In this document: piece by piece, positions 39,325 to 50,161 of the stretch
Layout of the letters: every line of letters begins with the position of its first letter
Numbering within the stretch: position 1 is the stretch's first letter
DNA from: an uncultured Verrucomicrobiae bacterium
GTDB taxonomy: Bacteria; Verrucomicrobiota; Verrucomicrobiia; Limisphaerales; Palsa-1400
Reading direction: 5' to 3'
NCBI GenBank assembly: GCA_963702845.1
Contig: OY969763.1
Location: 4,512,001 to 4,576,000, forward strand
DNA length: 64,000 nt
Notes under the pieces: generated by a model
Database searches by the model: none
What the model was told of the DNA's origin: nothing
What the model saw: only the letters and a program-made list of their open reading frames with translations
Translations under genes and position numbers: made by a program

Positions 39325-41994
39325 GTGAAACGAATACTTATCGCAGTAGTCCTCGGTTTTCTCGGCGGCTTTTCGTTTAATACAAATTGCCTGGGGGGTC
39401 CCGGGGCTTTTGATCCGACCTTCAACGCTATTGTTAATGGTCCTGTCTATGCGACCGTCGTGCAGCCAAACAGCCGCATCTTGATCGCCGGCAGTTTTGC
39501 CACGGTCAACAATGTTTCACGCGGACGAATTGCGCGCCTCTTCTCCGATGGCTCGCTAGATCTTACTTTTTTGACCAATTCATCTGGCGCGTCTTCAACG
39601 GTGCGCGCGATGATTGTTCAGCCTGATGGACGCATTTTGATCGGCGGAGATTTCAGCAACGTCAACAACCAGACGCGCTTTGGTGTCGCGCGATTGAATG
39701 TCGATGGAAGTTTAGATGGTACGTTCACCGCGACGAACTCTTTCTCCGGGTCTGTCCGCGCGCTCGCTTTGCAAGCCGACGGCAAGGTGCTGCTCGGCGG
39801 AGGTTTCAGCCTGCAATCGGGTCGCTACGTGAATCTGGTACGGCTTAATACAGATGGTTCCGTGGACACCAGCCTCAACACAAATCTCTTCATCTCCGGG
39901 ACAATCAACGCTCTTGCCGTGCAAACGGATGGCAGGATCCTGGTGGGAGGGACCTTTAGTTCAATCGGTTTCGGTCTGTTCCGCAACAATATCGCGCGGA
40001 TCGAAACCGACGGTACGCCTGATGTCACCTTCCCGGATTCAAAGTCGGCCGGCACGGGCGGCGCGGTCAATTCGATCATCGTTCAGAACGATGCCAAGAT
40101 TCTGATCGCCGGCGCGTTCAGCAGCGTCAACAGCACCTCTCGTGGCCGAATCGCCCGCCTGAATGTCGATGGAACTTTGGACAACACTTTCAACACTTCC
40201 GGCGCAGGCTCGACGGTCTACTGCTTGGCGCTGCAAGATAACGGGAACGTTTTCTTGGGCGGTATTGTTTCCAGCTACAACGGCACTTTCCGCAACGGAC
40301 TGGCACGGACATTCCCGGATGGAACTTTGGATACAACTTTTCTTAACGGCCAGAGCGGCGCGCAACCTGTCGATTGTGTCGCATTTCAACCCGACGGAAA
40401 GCTGCTGGTTGGTGGCGAATTCTTTTCAATCAATAATACAAATCGTTCTTACCTGGCGCGTCTCTACGGAGACCTTTATCCGCCCGAGATTATTACTCAG
40501 CCGCAAAGCAAATCCACAAACGCCGGTGCATCGGTCACCTTCACCGTCAACGCCAACAACCAGACGGCGGTCAATTATCAGTGGCGCAAGAACGGCGCTG
40601 ATATTCCAGGCGCAAATCTCAATGTCTATTCATTGTTCAATGTTCAGTTGGCCGACTCTGGCAGTTACACCGCTTTTCTAACCGATAGCGCGGGCGGCAC
40701 CACCAGTAGCAACGCGGTGCTCGTGGTTGGGATTCCTCCCGTGATTACAAGTCAACCGGCCAGTCTGGTAGTCACCCAGGGTCAAACCGCAACGTTTACT
40801 GTAGGCGTCAGCGGCGTGCCACTAAGTTATCAGTGGTTCAAGTATCCAGGAACGCCGCTACTCGGGACGACGAATGCGACATACTCGATTGCATCGGCTG
40901 TGGAGAATAGCGCCGGCTCATATTGGGTGGTCGCAAGTAATTTTTTGGGCAAAGCCACGAGTTCCATTGTCACGCTCACCGTCATTGCACCACCAACAAT
41001 CATATCACAGCCGTCGAGTATTACCGTTGGTGAAGGAAGCAACGCAGTCATCAGCGCGCTCATCGACGGCACAACCGTTACGACGCAGTGGTATAAAAAC
41101 GGTACGCCAAGGGGGAGCCTTGATACGAGAAGCGGACAAACCATTCGTTCGTTTCCCATCAACAATGCCCAATTCAGCGATGCGGCCGATTATTTCTTCA
41201 CGGCGAGCAACATTATGGGTGTCGTGACCAGCCAGGTCGCAACCGTCACAATTCAGCGTTACCCGCCATTTATAAACACCCAACCCGCGAGCCAGAACGT
41301 TCCCGTCGGCAGCCAGATGACTGTTTTTGTCGACGCGTCTGGCACGACGCTAAATTATCAATGGCAGAAGGACGGCTTTGATATCGTTGGAGAGACTGCG
41401 CCTTTGCTTCTCCGCACGAACGTTGCGCTGACCGACGCAGGCAGCTACACCGTGTTGATCTCAAATCCGTTGGCGAGCATCACCAGCGCTGTGGCAGTCG
41501 TAAATGTCGGCTATGCACCGACGTTCACGAATCAGCCAGTGTCAGTGACGAACCTCATCGGTGGCACGGCGACATTTTCCGCAGCAGCAGACGGGACTGC
41601 GCCGATTCAACTGCTTTGGCTGTTCAACGGCAATCCTTTGGACGGACAAACCAATGCGACTTTGACATTGACCAATCTGCAGACCACCAACGCCGGAATT
41701 TACGCACTCACCGCCACGAATGCATTCGGCGGGACGAACAGTTCAGACGCATTATTGACCGTGGCCATCCCATCCGTGATTGCAGGTTTGAGCGGCCCAA
41801 CACCGAACCTTCAGATCAGCGGAGCACCAAGCGCAACTTGCATTATCGAAACCGCTTCAAGCTTAACTCCACCAATCACGTGGCAGCCCATGACCACAAA
41901 TGTTATGGGCGCGGATGGAACATGGATTTTTGTGGATACAAACGGCATCGCAAATCCGGAAATCTACTATCGTGTTAACGTGGGTTATCATTGA
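39325..41994 (+). CDS. Secreted delta-60 repeat plus immunoglobulin-domain protein
   Basis: QPDGRILIGGxF...ARLNxDGSLDxTF repeats; five ITxQP...(Y)QW Ig domains; C-terminal IYYRV domain. Confidence 0.88.
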   Translation: MKRILIAVVLGFLGGFSFNTNCLGGPGAFDPTFNAIVNGPVYATVVQPNSRILIAGSFATVNNVSRGRIARLFSDGSLDLTFLTNSSGASSTVRAMIVQPDGRILIGGDFSNVNNQTRFGVARLNVDGSLDGTFTATNSFSGSVRALALQADGKVLLGGGFSLQSGRYVNLVRLNTDGSVDTSLNTNLFISGTINALAVQTDGRILVGGTFSSIGFGLFRNNIARIETDGTPDVTFPDSKSAGTGGAVNSIIVQNDAKILIAGAFSSVNSTSRGRIARLNVDGTLDNTFNTSGAGSTVYCLALQDNGNVFLGGIVSSYNGTFRNGLARTFPDGTLDTTFLNGQSGAQPVDCVAFQPDGKLLVGGEFFSINNTNRSYLARLYGDLYPPEIITQPQSKSTNAGASVTFTVNANNQTAVNYQWRKNGADIPGANLNVYSLFNVQLADSGSYTAFLTDSAGGTTSSNAVLVVGIPPVITSQPASLVVTQGQTATFTVGVSGVPLSYQWFKYPGTPLLGTTNATYSIASAVENSAGSYWVVASNFLGKATSSIVTLTVIAPPTIISQPSSITVGEGSNAVISALIDGTTVTTQWYKNGTPRGSLDTRSGQTIRSFPINNAQFSDAADYFFTASNIMGVVTSQVATVTIQRYPPFINTQPASQNVPVGSQMTVFVDASGTTLNYQWQKDGFDIVGETAPLLLRTNVALTDAGSYTVLISNPLASITSAVAVVNVGYAPTFTNQPVSVTNLIGGTATFSAAADGTAPIQLLWLFNGNPLDGQTNATLTLTNLQTTNAGIYALTATNAFGGTNSSDALLTVAIPSVIAGLSGPTPNLQISGAPSATCIIETASSLTPPITWQPMTTNVMGADGTWIFVDTNGIANPEIYYRVNVGYH

Positions 41995-42081
41995 TGCCGC
42001 TGCGTTCCGCCGGCACACCCCAACAGCCAGTCGTTCGACTTCAAAGCGCTTTGATGTAAATTAAGGCAAGGGAGGGAACAT

Positions 42082-42591
42082 ATGTTTAATGAGGAGATGT
42101 CTCAACGGTTGGAAATTTCACGGGAAGAAATGATCGATTTGCTAAATGAAGATTTAGCGCGCGAGTATCAAGCGGTCATTGCTTACACGGTCTACAGCCA
42201 GGTGATCAAAGGTGCCGAGTTCATGGACATCGCAAGCGAACTTGAGAAGCACGCAGGGGAAGAACTTGCGCACGCGATTAAGATTGCGAAGCAGATCGAT
42301 TACCTCGGCGGCATGCCGGTGGTCACGCCGAAGGCCGTGAAGACCTCGAACGACGCGGAGGAAATGCTGCGCTTCGATCTCGAGAACGAAGTCACGACCG
42401 TCGCCAATTATCGTCAACGCATTCGTCAGGCGGAAGCGATGGGTGAATTCGCGCTGGCGGAAACCTTGCGTGACATCATCGTCGAAGAGCAAGATCACGA
42501 AATCGATCTGGCAATGGCGCTTGGCATCGACGTTCCGCATCAGGAAATCGCCTCACAACCAGGCCGCGTTTCAAACGACCGGCGGTTCTGA
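42082..42591 (+). CDS. Ferritin-like / bacterioferritin-family protein
   Basis: EYQAVIAY, EELAH, YLGG, EEQDH diiron pattern; GGAGGG RBS. Confidence 0.88.
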   Translation: MFNEEMSQRLEISREEMIDLLNEDLAREYQAVIAYTVYSQVIKGAEFMDIASELEKHAGEELAHAIKIAKQIDYLGGMPVVTPKAVKTSNDAEEMLRFDLENEVTTVANYRQRIRQAEAMGEFALAETLRDIIVEEQDHEIDLAMALGIDVPHQEIASQPGRVSNDRRF

Positions 42592-42595
42592 GTAG

Positions 42596-42970
42596 TCATT
42601 CGCCGTCTGAATACGAGTCGAGGGCGCGGCGGTCTTTTTTAGTGGGCCGACCTGCGCCTTTTGGCCTGTACATCGGCGGCAGTAAATTCGGCTCGCGCTT
42701 CTTTTCAAACTCCGACGCGGGCGTCAAGTCTTCCACATAGTCCTTCGCGATTTTCGCGCCGACGCGTTTTTCCAAAACCCCGAGCACTTTGAAAGTGCGT
42801 GTCATTTCATCCTTCTGAACAACGATTGTTTCGCCGATGCGCACTTCGCGCGATGGCTTTACCAACTTGCCGCCAATGGTCACGCGACCGTTGCGGCAGG
42901 CGTCGGTGGCAAGGGACCGCGTCTTGAAAACCCGCACGGCCCACAGCCATTTGTCGATCCGAACTTCCAT
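42596..42970 (-). CDS. hslR: S4-domain RNA-binding protein (Hsp15)
   Basis: RIDKWLWAVRVFKTRSLA, GRPTKKDRR. Confidence 0.9.
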   Translation of the reverse strand: MEVRIDKWLWAVRVFKTRSLATDACRNGRVTIGGKLVKPSREVRIGETIVVQKDEMTRTFKVLGVLEKRVGAKIAKDYVEDLTPASEFEKKREPNLLPPMYRPKGAGRPTKKDRRALDSYSDGE

Positions 42971-42989
42971 CGCAGTATCCTAACACGCG

Positions 42990-43829
42990 TCAGCGCGGAC
43001 GCAGTATGCGAACCGGCGCCTTATCCGGGATGCGCGGCGGAACCGGAATCGCCTGCGGCACTGGCAGCGGTGGAGTCGGCTGAGCCGAAGTCGGCGCGGC
43101 TGTCGGCGCGGGAGAATTCGGTTTGGTGAACATCTCCTTCACGTTCGTAGCGATCTCGCCAATTTTGATGTCAGGAAATTTCAGATCATCAAATTTGAAC
43201 GGCGCCAGTGCGGCCAGATCTTTGATGTTTTGATCGAGCGATGAAGTTTGGGGTTGCGACGGTGCGGTAAAACTGCGGTCCACAATGTCGTAGCCGTTGA
43301 CAATCCACTCGAGCCGGCCGGTCTCGACATCGACGAGGAGGCCGTGCACGGGAATTTTCGGACCGATCAGCGGGCTGGACCGGATGATGTCGACGCCGCG
43401 GATGACGTTTTGCCGTTCGCTCGCAAAGAGGCCGAAAAACTCATTGAGATTGTCGGGAAGCTTCGAGCGATCGATGCCGATCGCTTTGAAACGATCGATG
43501 AGGGTTGAAACACTTGTCTGGCGCACTTTGCAGTCGGTATGTCCAATGATGGCGATCTCGCGACCGCCTTTGATCGCACACGCAAGCGCGAGTGTGCGCA
43601 TCATACTGCTGAAGGGATCAAAGATGATGTTGCCGGCGTTGCGCAGCCAAATGAACTGCTCTTCTGGCAATCCGAGCACACCGGGGAACAAATGGTTCAA
43701 ACGCGGATCAATGCAGGTCAGCGCGACGACGGGAAGGTCATTGGGAAAATCGTCAGGGCGAATGCCGGCGCTCGTGTCGCCAGTGACAGCGCGGTGATTG
43801 GCATCGAGCATTGCGTCGAACAATCGCAT
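42990..43829 (-). CDS. Beta-class carbonic anhydrase with a Pro-rich tail
   Basis: TCIDPR, RNAG and HTDC zinc-ligand motifs. Confidence 0.85.
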   Translation of the reverse strand: MRLFDAMLDANHRAVTGDTSAGIRPDDFPNDLPVVALTCIDPRLNHLFPGVLGLPEEQFIWLRNAGNIIFDPFSSMMRTLALACAIKGGREIAIIGHTDCKVRQTSVSTLIDRFKAIGIDRSKLPDNLNEFFGLFASERQNVIRGVDIIRSSPLIGPKIPVHGLLVDVETGRLEWIVNGYDIVDRSFTAPSQPQTSSLDQNIKDLAALAPFKFDDLKFPDIKIGEIATNVKEMFTKPNSPAPTAAPTSAQPTPPLPVPQAIPVPPRIPDKAPVRILRPR

Positions 43830-43900
43830 GGCAGGACGATAGCGACCCAACCGCAAGAGTGAAAGCGAAAGTAAACACGCGCGCGTCAACCTCGGCGCAA

Positions 43901-43951
43901 GGTAGGGATGCGGCGCTGCCGCGTCCTGGACGACGCACTGCGTCGCCATAC
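43901..43951. repeat. GTAG-type REP doublet (further family)
   Basis: ggtagggatgcggcgctgccgcgtcc followed by the inverted ggacgacgcactgcgtcgccatac. Confidence 0.7.
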
Positions 43952-43956
43952 AGACC

Positions 43957-44673
43957 CTAAACACTCGCGCGCAAACGTTCAGTGACTCGCTTCCAATGGG
44001 TGCCGTGCCAGAAGAGGTGGCCGCACCGCGTGCATTTCCAATACTCGTCAAGCCACAGAAAGGTGCGGGGCGGGATTCGGTCTTTAACCGCTTCTTTATC
44101 CACCGGGACCAATTCGCCGCCGCAACGCATGCAGCGCGAGTCGGCTTCGGGCAGGTCCAGCTCCGCGCGGACGAGCCGCAGTTGCTCGAAGATGGTCAGG
44201 GTCGGCGGAACCCAGATGGCGCGGACGCGTCCATGCGCAATGGGTCGGCGATCGAGGAGGAAACTATCGGTGGTGATGATGATGGCGTTTATCTCTTCGG
44301 CGCGCGCAACGAGATCCGCATCGGAAATATCCTGCACCCAAAGCGCGTCGCAGCCAGAGGCCCGCAACCATCGTGCGAGTCCGCCCAATCCGGCATCACA
44401 AAACACTTTCGGGGCCGCGTCTCTCTTGCCAGCCAACGCGGAGGCCGGCTTTGCTTCCTTAGCCAAGGCCAGGTTGGCCCGCAAGCGATGCAACTTCTCC
44501 GCCAGCGCGATATTCATTTCCGCGAGGGCGTGACTGGTGGTCGTGTGGTCGTTGCGCGCCCGGTCATCGGCCTGTGCGAAGAGCCAGCGAATGCCCTTGT
44601 CGCTCTGTCGCGTTCCGGCTTCGGCCAAAAGCTGGCGAAACCGCCGCTCAAACGCTCGCCCAATCCTGCTCAC
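43957..44673 (-). CDS. Mut7-C RNase (PIN-like) domain protein
   Basis: FCDAGLGGLARWLRASGCD, RCMRCGG, CTRCGHLFWHGTHW. Confidence 0.88.
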   Translation of the reverse strand: MSRIGRAFERRFRQLLAEAGTRQSDKGIRWLFAQADDRARNDHTTTSHALAEMNIALAEKLHRLRANLALAKEAKPASALAGKRDAAPKVFCDAGLGGLARWLRASGCDALWVQDISDADLVARAEEINAIIITTDSFLLDRRPIAHGRVRAIWVPPTLTIFEQLRLVRAELDLPEADSRCMRCGGELVPVDKEAVKDRIPPRTFLWLDEYWKCTRCGHLFWHGTHWKRVTERLRASV

Positions 44674-44676
44674 ATC

Positions 44677-44708
44677 TTCAATGTGCCATTTCTCGCGCCC
44701 ACCGCGAA
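44677..44708. repeat. 32-bp direct repeat, copy 1 (copy 2 at 46958..46989)
   Basis: ttcaatgtgccatttctcgcgccc[a/g]ccgcgaa, 31/32 identical. Confidence 0.9.
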
Positions 44709-44714
44709 GCGCCT

Positions 44715-44797
44715 GGTACGGACGATTGCGAACCGGACGTTCCGGTCCACGTCGTCCGAAACTTCTTCCCAAACTCCCAGGAGTGACCTGTTTATAG
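44715..44797. repeat. Composite REP element, inverted homolog of 51423..51487
   Basis: Minus strand ctataaacaggtcactcctgggagtttgggaagaagtttcggacgacgtgga vs ctataaaccggtcactcctagcggagttttgggacgaagtttcggacgacgtgga. Confidence 0.8.
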
Positions 44798-44898
44798 CTC
44801 CACGACACCCCATTTATTTTATCGTTTCCGGGCGAAGGATCGCGAGTGAACGCGAATCCCCACATGATTTTCGGGATTGCGGGTGACGTGAGAAGTTC

Positions 44899-45561
44899 TT
44901 ACTGAAAGGCCATCGCGAGGTCGTGCACTTGGGCGCGATCATCGGACGAGAGGTTCTGTTTGAAATGTTTTGACACAAGAATTGCGGCCTTGATGGATTG
45001 CTTTTCTTCTTCCCCAAGTTGTTTGTCGGCATGACCGTGCTCGCCCTGAAACCGCACAGTAACTTGTGCCGGTTGAATCAATCTCTCGATAGGGTCATTG
45101 TCCTTACTGATATCAATCCGCCCGCATTCACGGACTTTACCGCCAGTTGCTACCTCGTGTCTAATTTTGTCGTCTGGTAGTCGGAATACATCCTTGGTGT
45201 CAGGGAGGAAACAAATCCCGTTCATAAAAATCCAGTCATCGCCAACGTACTCGGCAACAAGGTCAATATGTACTGTGCCGCTATCCCAAACATATACGTT
45301 GGCGCGCACTTCACTTTGTAAATCCCGGCGACCAAAGGCGTATGTGGTGAATTTATTTAACTCATCGCGTATGGTAGTAGCATCCGCGAGAATTATGGCT
45401 ATGTCTGAATGACATTGTGCTTCAAGCTGTTCTGTTGACTGTTGCTTTTGCTGTTCGTGGAGCGCGGCGACTTTTTCGGGGATTACGTCGTTCGTTTGTG
45501 CCAACGCCGAAAAGCCAAGCCAACAAAACAAGGCCAGCACGATTGGTTTCAATAGATGCAT
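44899..45561 (-). CDS. Secreted hypothetical protein
   Basis: 220-aa ORF with signal peptide (ALA-Q). Confidence 0.7.
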   Translation of the reverse strand: MHLLKPIVLALFCWLGFSALAQTNDVIPEKVAALHEQQKQQSTEQLEAQCHSDIAIILADATTIRDELNKFTTYAFGRRDLQSEVRANVYVWDSGTVHIDLVAEYVGDDWIFMNGICFLPDTKDVFRLPDDKIRHEVATGGKVRECGRIDISKDNDPIERLIQPAQVTVRFQGEHGHADKQLGEEEKQSIKAAILVSKHFKQNLSSDDRAQVHDLAMAFQ

Positions 45562-45606
45562 CGAAAATAGAAGTCTGATGTGAGAGAAGCGTGATGTGTG
45601 CCAATC

Positions 45607-46866
45607 TCATCGTGGATGGAGCAAGTCAGAACATCGGTAACACTTTTGGTTCAATACATAGGTAACACATTTGTTGTTTAGGGTTACACTTCTTTCTGTT
45701 TTGGTTCCTCGCCTTTGAGCCTGCCCTGTACGGGCAGGCTCAAAGGCGAACGTGCCCGGATCTAAATGACCCAGCAAAAGTTTGCTGAACCATATCTCTA
45801 TCAGCCCATCGGTTCGCGGTCTCAGGCCCACCGACCACCCATTCAATGCAGTCGTGATAAATATCTCTTCACCCCCGTATCGAATGCTACCGCCCGGCTT
45901 ACTGATTTTTCGTCGGTCAGCGCCCTCATATTCGATGTCATCCGGTGTGCCTTCAAATCGCCGGTCCGAGCGACAATAGACTTCCGCCGGCATTTTCATC
46001 TCCAAGGCCTCGTGTGGCCGCTCCTGATTATATTCATCGCGCCACACATCAAAGGCCGCTTGATCGCGCCCTACGCGACCGGCTTGCAACTCTTGACGCA
46101 CTCCGATGCATCCGCTCATGACCCCCATTGTCCTGCGGACAACCAGGACGACTACGCTCTAAATCAATGCCCAAGGCCAACCACCACACCGAGAGCCTGC
46201 TCAAACCCAACAGCGATCGAGCGCTGGCAAAGGGACTGCCATTATCGCTTCGGATCGCTGCCGGAAAGCCGTAACGTTCAAAGAGCCCCTCGAAGCACGC
46301 CTGCACCGATTCGGTCCGGCTGTCGCCCAGTATCCGCATATCCAATAGCATGCGACTGTATTCGTCTCTTACCGTCAATGGCTCAACACGTAACCCGTCG
46401 CGGCCCTTCCACCAGCCTTTGAAGTCCACTGTCCAGATATCGTTGGGCTTCTCTGCCTTGATGCCGCTGGTCAATCGACCCGCTTCACTGCTGCGCCGCA
46501 GTCGCCGCGGCACCGTCAACCCGGCACGTTCCAGAACTCGTTTGAAACTGCTTTCGCTGGGAGCTTCTCCTCCATGCTTGCGTTGATACAATGCGGCAAC
46601 CTTGCGCGGCCCCCAATGCGGATGGGCCGTCTTTAAACGCACGATCTCACAGACCACCTGCTCGGTGAGCTGATCGGCGTGAGCGTGCGGACGGCGACTC
46701 AAATCACTCATGCCGTCCAGCCCGCGCGCTATAAAGCGTTCCCGCCACTTGATCGGTTCGGTGCTGATCCCATACTCGCCACACAGCTCACGAAAGTTCA
46801 TACAGTTCATCGACTTGATCGCAAACTCGATTCGTTGATCCATCTTCTGGTCTCTTTCCACGGCAT
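45607..46866 (-). pseudogene. IS481-family DDE transposase, frameshifted
   Basis: MPWKE start at 46866; HPHWGPRK, WTVDFKG, IRSDNGSPF, NGGHERMHR, YNQERPHEAL split over several frames. Confidence 0.85.
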
Positions 46867-46954
46867 CGACAACGTCTCTCAACACTGTCTCTACCTGTAA
46901 AGTGTTACCCATGTTCTGAACCATCTGTGTTACCTATGTTCTGAACCTGCACCA
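45617..46954 (-). mobile_element. IS481-family insertion sequence, decayed
   Basis: Imperfect terminal IRs TGGAGCAAGTCAGAACATCGGTAACAC / TGGTGCAGGTTCAGAACATAGGTAACAC with repeated GGTAACAC subterminal motifs; no target duplication seen. Confidence 0.8.
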
Positions 46955-46957
46955 CTG

Positions 46958-46989
46958 TTCAATGTGCCATTTCTCGCGCCCGCCGCGAA
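46958..46989. repeat. 32-bp direct repeat, copy 2
   Basis: See 44677..44708. Confidence 0.9.
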
Positions 46990-47072
46990 TGATCGTGGGA
47001 AATTAGTCGGAGTTTCAACGCAAAGGCGCGAAGATCGCTGAGGCGCAAAGGGGGTCGACCTTAATGTTTACA

Positions 47073-47529
47073 TTAACTGACGGTGTTTGAGCCGTTTTCG
47101 TTTTGCTTTTTACCCTCGCCGAAAAGCCGGGATGCGTCGCGGAGGTAGATGGCAAAAGGAATCCACCAGATGAAGTCGTTGGTCACGCACATCACGATGG
47201 TGGCGAGCGGCCAGAGCGCCCGTCACGATGAGTTGCAGGAGCCCGATAGGGCCAAAGATTTTTCCGGCAAGGCCCACCGCCGCGAATACCCACCCCCGCT
47301 CAGGCCGACGGGCAACCTCGATATAGACCACGCCATAGAGCCCGACGACCATACCGAGGCATGCGAAAATTTGCGGATGATTCAGCGGCGGCATGCCGGC
47401 GAAACGAAAGAGCCATTGCGGATCGAGCACCGCAAAAATACCCCACGCAATATTATACAGACCTGCGGCAATAAACACGGCGCGGTGCAGTCGTCGGTGC
47501 GGGATTGGGTTGGCGGGTTCAGCGTTCAT
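47073..47529 (-). CDS. Four-TM membrane protein, frameshift near 47215
   Basis: AAGLYNIAWG...GMVVGLYG...VGLAGKIFGPIG continues in another frame as WPLATIVMCVTNDFIWWIPF. Confidence 0.7.
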
Positions 47530-48071
47530 TGGGGATTTTCGGCCACGGCCAGTATCCATGCGGAAGTTCCAGTGCCGCGTACAGGTCGCGGCAGCCCGAG
47601 AAAAAAACACCGGCGGCCATGAGGCTGAGCGCCCAAAGCAGAGAGTCGGGCACAGGATTGCGGGCTGCAACGAGGCCGTCGGGCTCGTGCCACCATTGCC
47701 ACAGGGTGGGGATCAAAAAGGCAATCATCGCGCCGTAGGTGATGGCCATTACGTTGTGGGTTACCCGCTCGCCCGCATAGACATCGCCGAACGGTTTTCG
47801 TTCCGTGGCCTCCACAATAAAGTCGGCCATGGTGAAGATGGTTTCGGCGAAAGGATGCCCGCCACAACAGCACCCACCAACCGCGACAAGCCAGCCAGGG
47901 CAGCGTGACAAACATTGCGGCATAAAAGAAATCGCGCGCGGCATGTAGTTTCAATTCCGACGCGACCGCGCGACCGCGAGCCGGGAGACGGGCACGCCAC
48001 TCATGATAGTAGGCGGTATCGAATGCGCCGAGCAGCCCCAGAAGAGCAAGGGGCCACAGTACCGTGGTCAT
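47519..48071 (-). CDS. Multi-TM hypothetical protein, frameshift near 47860
   Basis: GAFDTAYYHEWRARLP...ELKLHAARDF joins AETIFTMADFIVE...GERVTH. Confidence 0.7.
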
Positions 48072-48116
48072 GGTTTAATAGCTCCGGCGATGCTTGGAAA
48101 GTTACTCAACTTCTCG

Positions 48117-48709
48117 TTAAACATTCAGACGGCCCTCATACGCGATCAGCAACCCGACTAATGGAATGGTGACGCGAACGTTCACCCGCACGGCATCGGG
48201 TCCGTCAGGCATCTCGCTCCCAACCACACGGGGAGCGAAAAAGCGGGCAGCGGAACCCAGCCCCGCCATAACGCGGCCCCGACCTGATGGTAAACCAGTC
48301 CGCCATTTTCCACGTGGAGCCGGACGCGAATTTCGACACCGGCAAATCGCTCCACCAAGCAGCCCTGACGGTCGCGCGATTGAAAGGTCACCAAGGTATG
48401 TCCATCGAATTCCCGCCGCCACATTTCTCCGTCGGCGGTGGGTTGCACGAGCAGGCGGACGTTCGCCGCTTGGCTCGGCTTCGGTAGGCGAAGGGTGCAA
48501 GCGAGCGAGCGGCCGAACCAGTTCTTCGCGGCTTCGATGCGAAATACTCCTGTGCAGGCGATTTCAGCCCCATTGCAATGGGCGTGCTGATCGGGAGCTG
48601 CGAGGGAATTCCAGGCGGCGCCGAGCAGACTTGGATAGAGTGCGGCGGCTACTGGCACCGAGGAGGCGTCCAGCGCGCGGACCCTCGTGACAGCCGGTTC
48701 AGAATTCAT
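48117..48709 (-). CDS. DUF4166-like protein, frameshift near the C-terminus
   Basis: LYPSLLGAAWNSL, EMWRREFDG, LVERF; C-terminus PLVGLLIAYEG in a second frame. Confidence 0.7.
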
Positions 48710-50093
48710 CGGAACGATTGTTGGATGCTGGCCGGAGCGTAGCGCGGTGGTGGAGGAATCGAGTTTTTCCCCGTCGCTTGTAATACAGCACCTTGTCCAC
48801 GTTTCGTTTAATGGCGTACGATGCTGCCACAGTTAACGCATAATATAGAAAAATGTTTTGGTCTTCGATGATCGTGTCTTTGCGTTCAAATCCGGGAATT
48901 AGTGATACGTGGTAGATTGACGCGAGATCGTTGGCTTCGTCGGTCCCAATTTCCTGCGACTCCACGAGAATATATTCTAATGGAATAATTTTTGTCTTCG
49001 CTTGATCGGTCGCGCCAAACAATAACGTGCGGATTTTTTCTTCAAATAAATCGTTCGCGAAATAACAGAGATCCGAAAACGACCAATTCGAGCTGGGGTG
49101 AGTCAATCCATTTTGCAAAGTCGTCGAACGCGATAGGAGCAGACACGAACGGTTTGAGTTTGGTTGAAGTTTCTGACTCTCGATTGGCTACCTTCTTCAG
49201 CCAATCCGCTACGAGGACTCCAGCGATGACCGTATTGATTGCAGGTTGCGGAACCGCTGCCAGTCTACGACTGAAAGATGCGGATGCGCGATGGCAACGG
49301 ATGGTGATTTCGTGATCCCGGTTGAGTTATCACGGGGTCGAACGCCTGACGGCCAAAAGGAAGATGGTGGCATTTTCGGCGCGGGCTTCACGTAACGCAC
49401 CCCGTCTACCGTAAATACGAGATCGCGGCTGGGCATTCTGGAATGCGCGTCCGGCAACTCGGTTCTCATCATATCGAGAGCGAGCCGTTCCGCGAATTTA
49501 CTCCATTGCTCTACGAGTTTGGAATAGCTTGGAAACAAAGCTTTGATATTGATAGGAATACCTTCGAAAGGTTCGATCAGGAAGTTATCGAAAGCGTCAC
49601 TGTAGTAGTAGATTCCACCGCAGATTACCCAATCAATTTCTTCACCATAACTTCGCACACATCTGAATGTAACTTGTTTGAACTCATCGTGAGATAGCGC
49701 GGTATAACCGACGTTCAAGATCACAAGGACGCGAACTTTAGGCGGAGTATATCGAACAGACGTTTGCGCGAGTTGATCCGCCGCCTTCTTAACGTGACGT
49801 TTAATCGGGCCAAGGACGATTTCGTAGTAGTGCGCAGTTTCTTCTTCGGTTAAATTACGTGGATTGATGATGACGACCGGAGACTTGGGTCTCGTTGGCC
49901 GGAAGAGCTTTGCCAACTTTTCCCGCCGAGTTGTTTTTTCAAATCCCTCTTCTTCGACAAGCTTCAATTCGATTACCGCCTCGTTGAGAATATAATCCGC
50001 GGAGGATTCCTCGCACACGCGATTGCCGCCGGCTTTCGTAGCGATTTCGTCGAAATCTGGTTCGGAAATCTTTTTTATTCGAAGATAATCCAT
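48699..50093 (-). CDS. AT-richer hypothetical protein with a PD-(D/E)xK-like N-terminal motif; probably one gene with two frameshifts
   Basis: SADYILNEAVIELK; ORFs 49209..50093 and 48699..49118 are bridged by an open third frame ADWLKKVANRESETSTKLKPFVSAPIAFDDFAKWIDSP. Confidence 0.6.
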
Positions 50094-50161
50094 TCGGTTT
50101 TATTTATTTTTGATCAGCGGGTTCTTTGGGATAACGGGATAAATGCTACGCCGAAATTAGC

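Noticed and set aside
42082..42591. Encapsulin cargo system
   Set aside because: No encapsulin gene adjacent and no clear targeting peptide in the C-terminal tail
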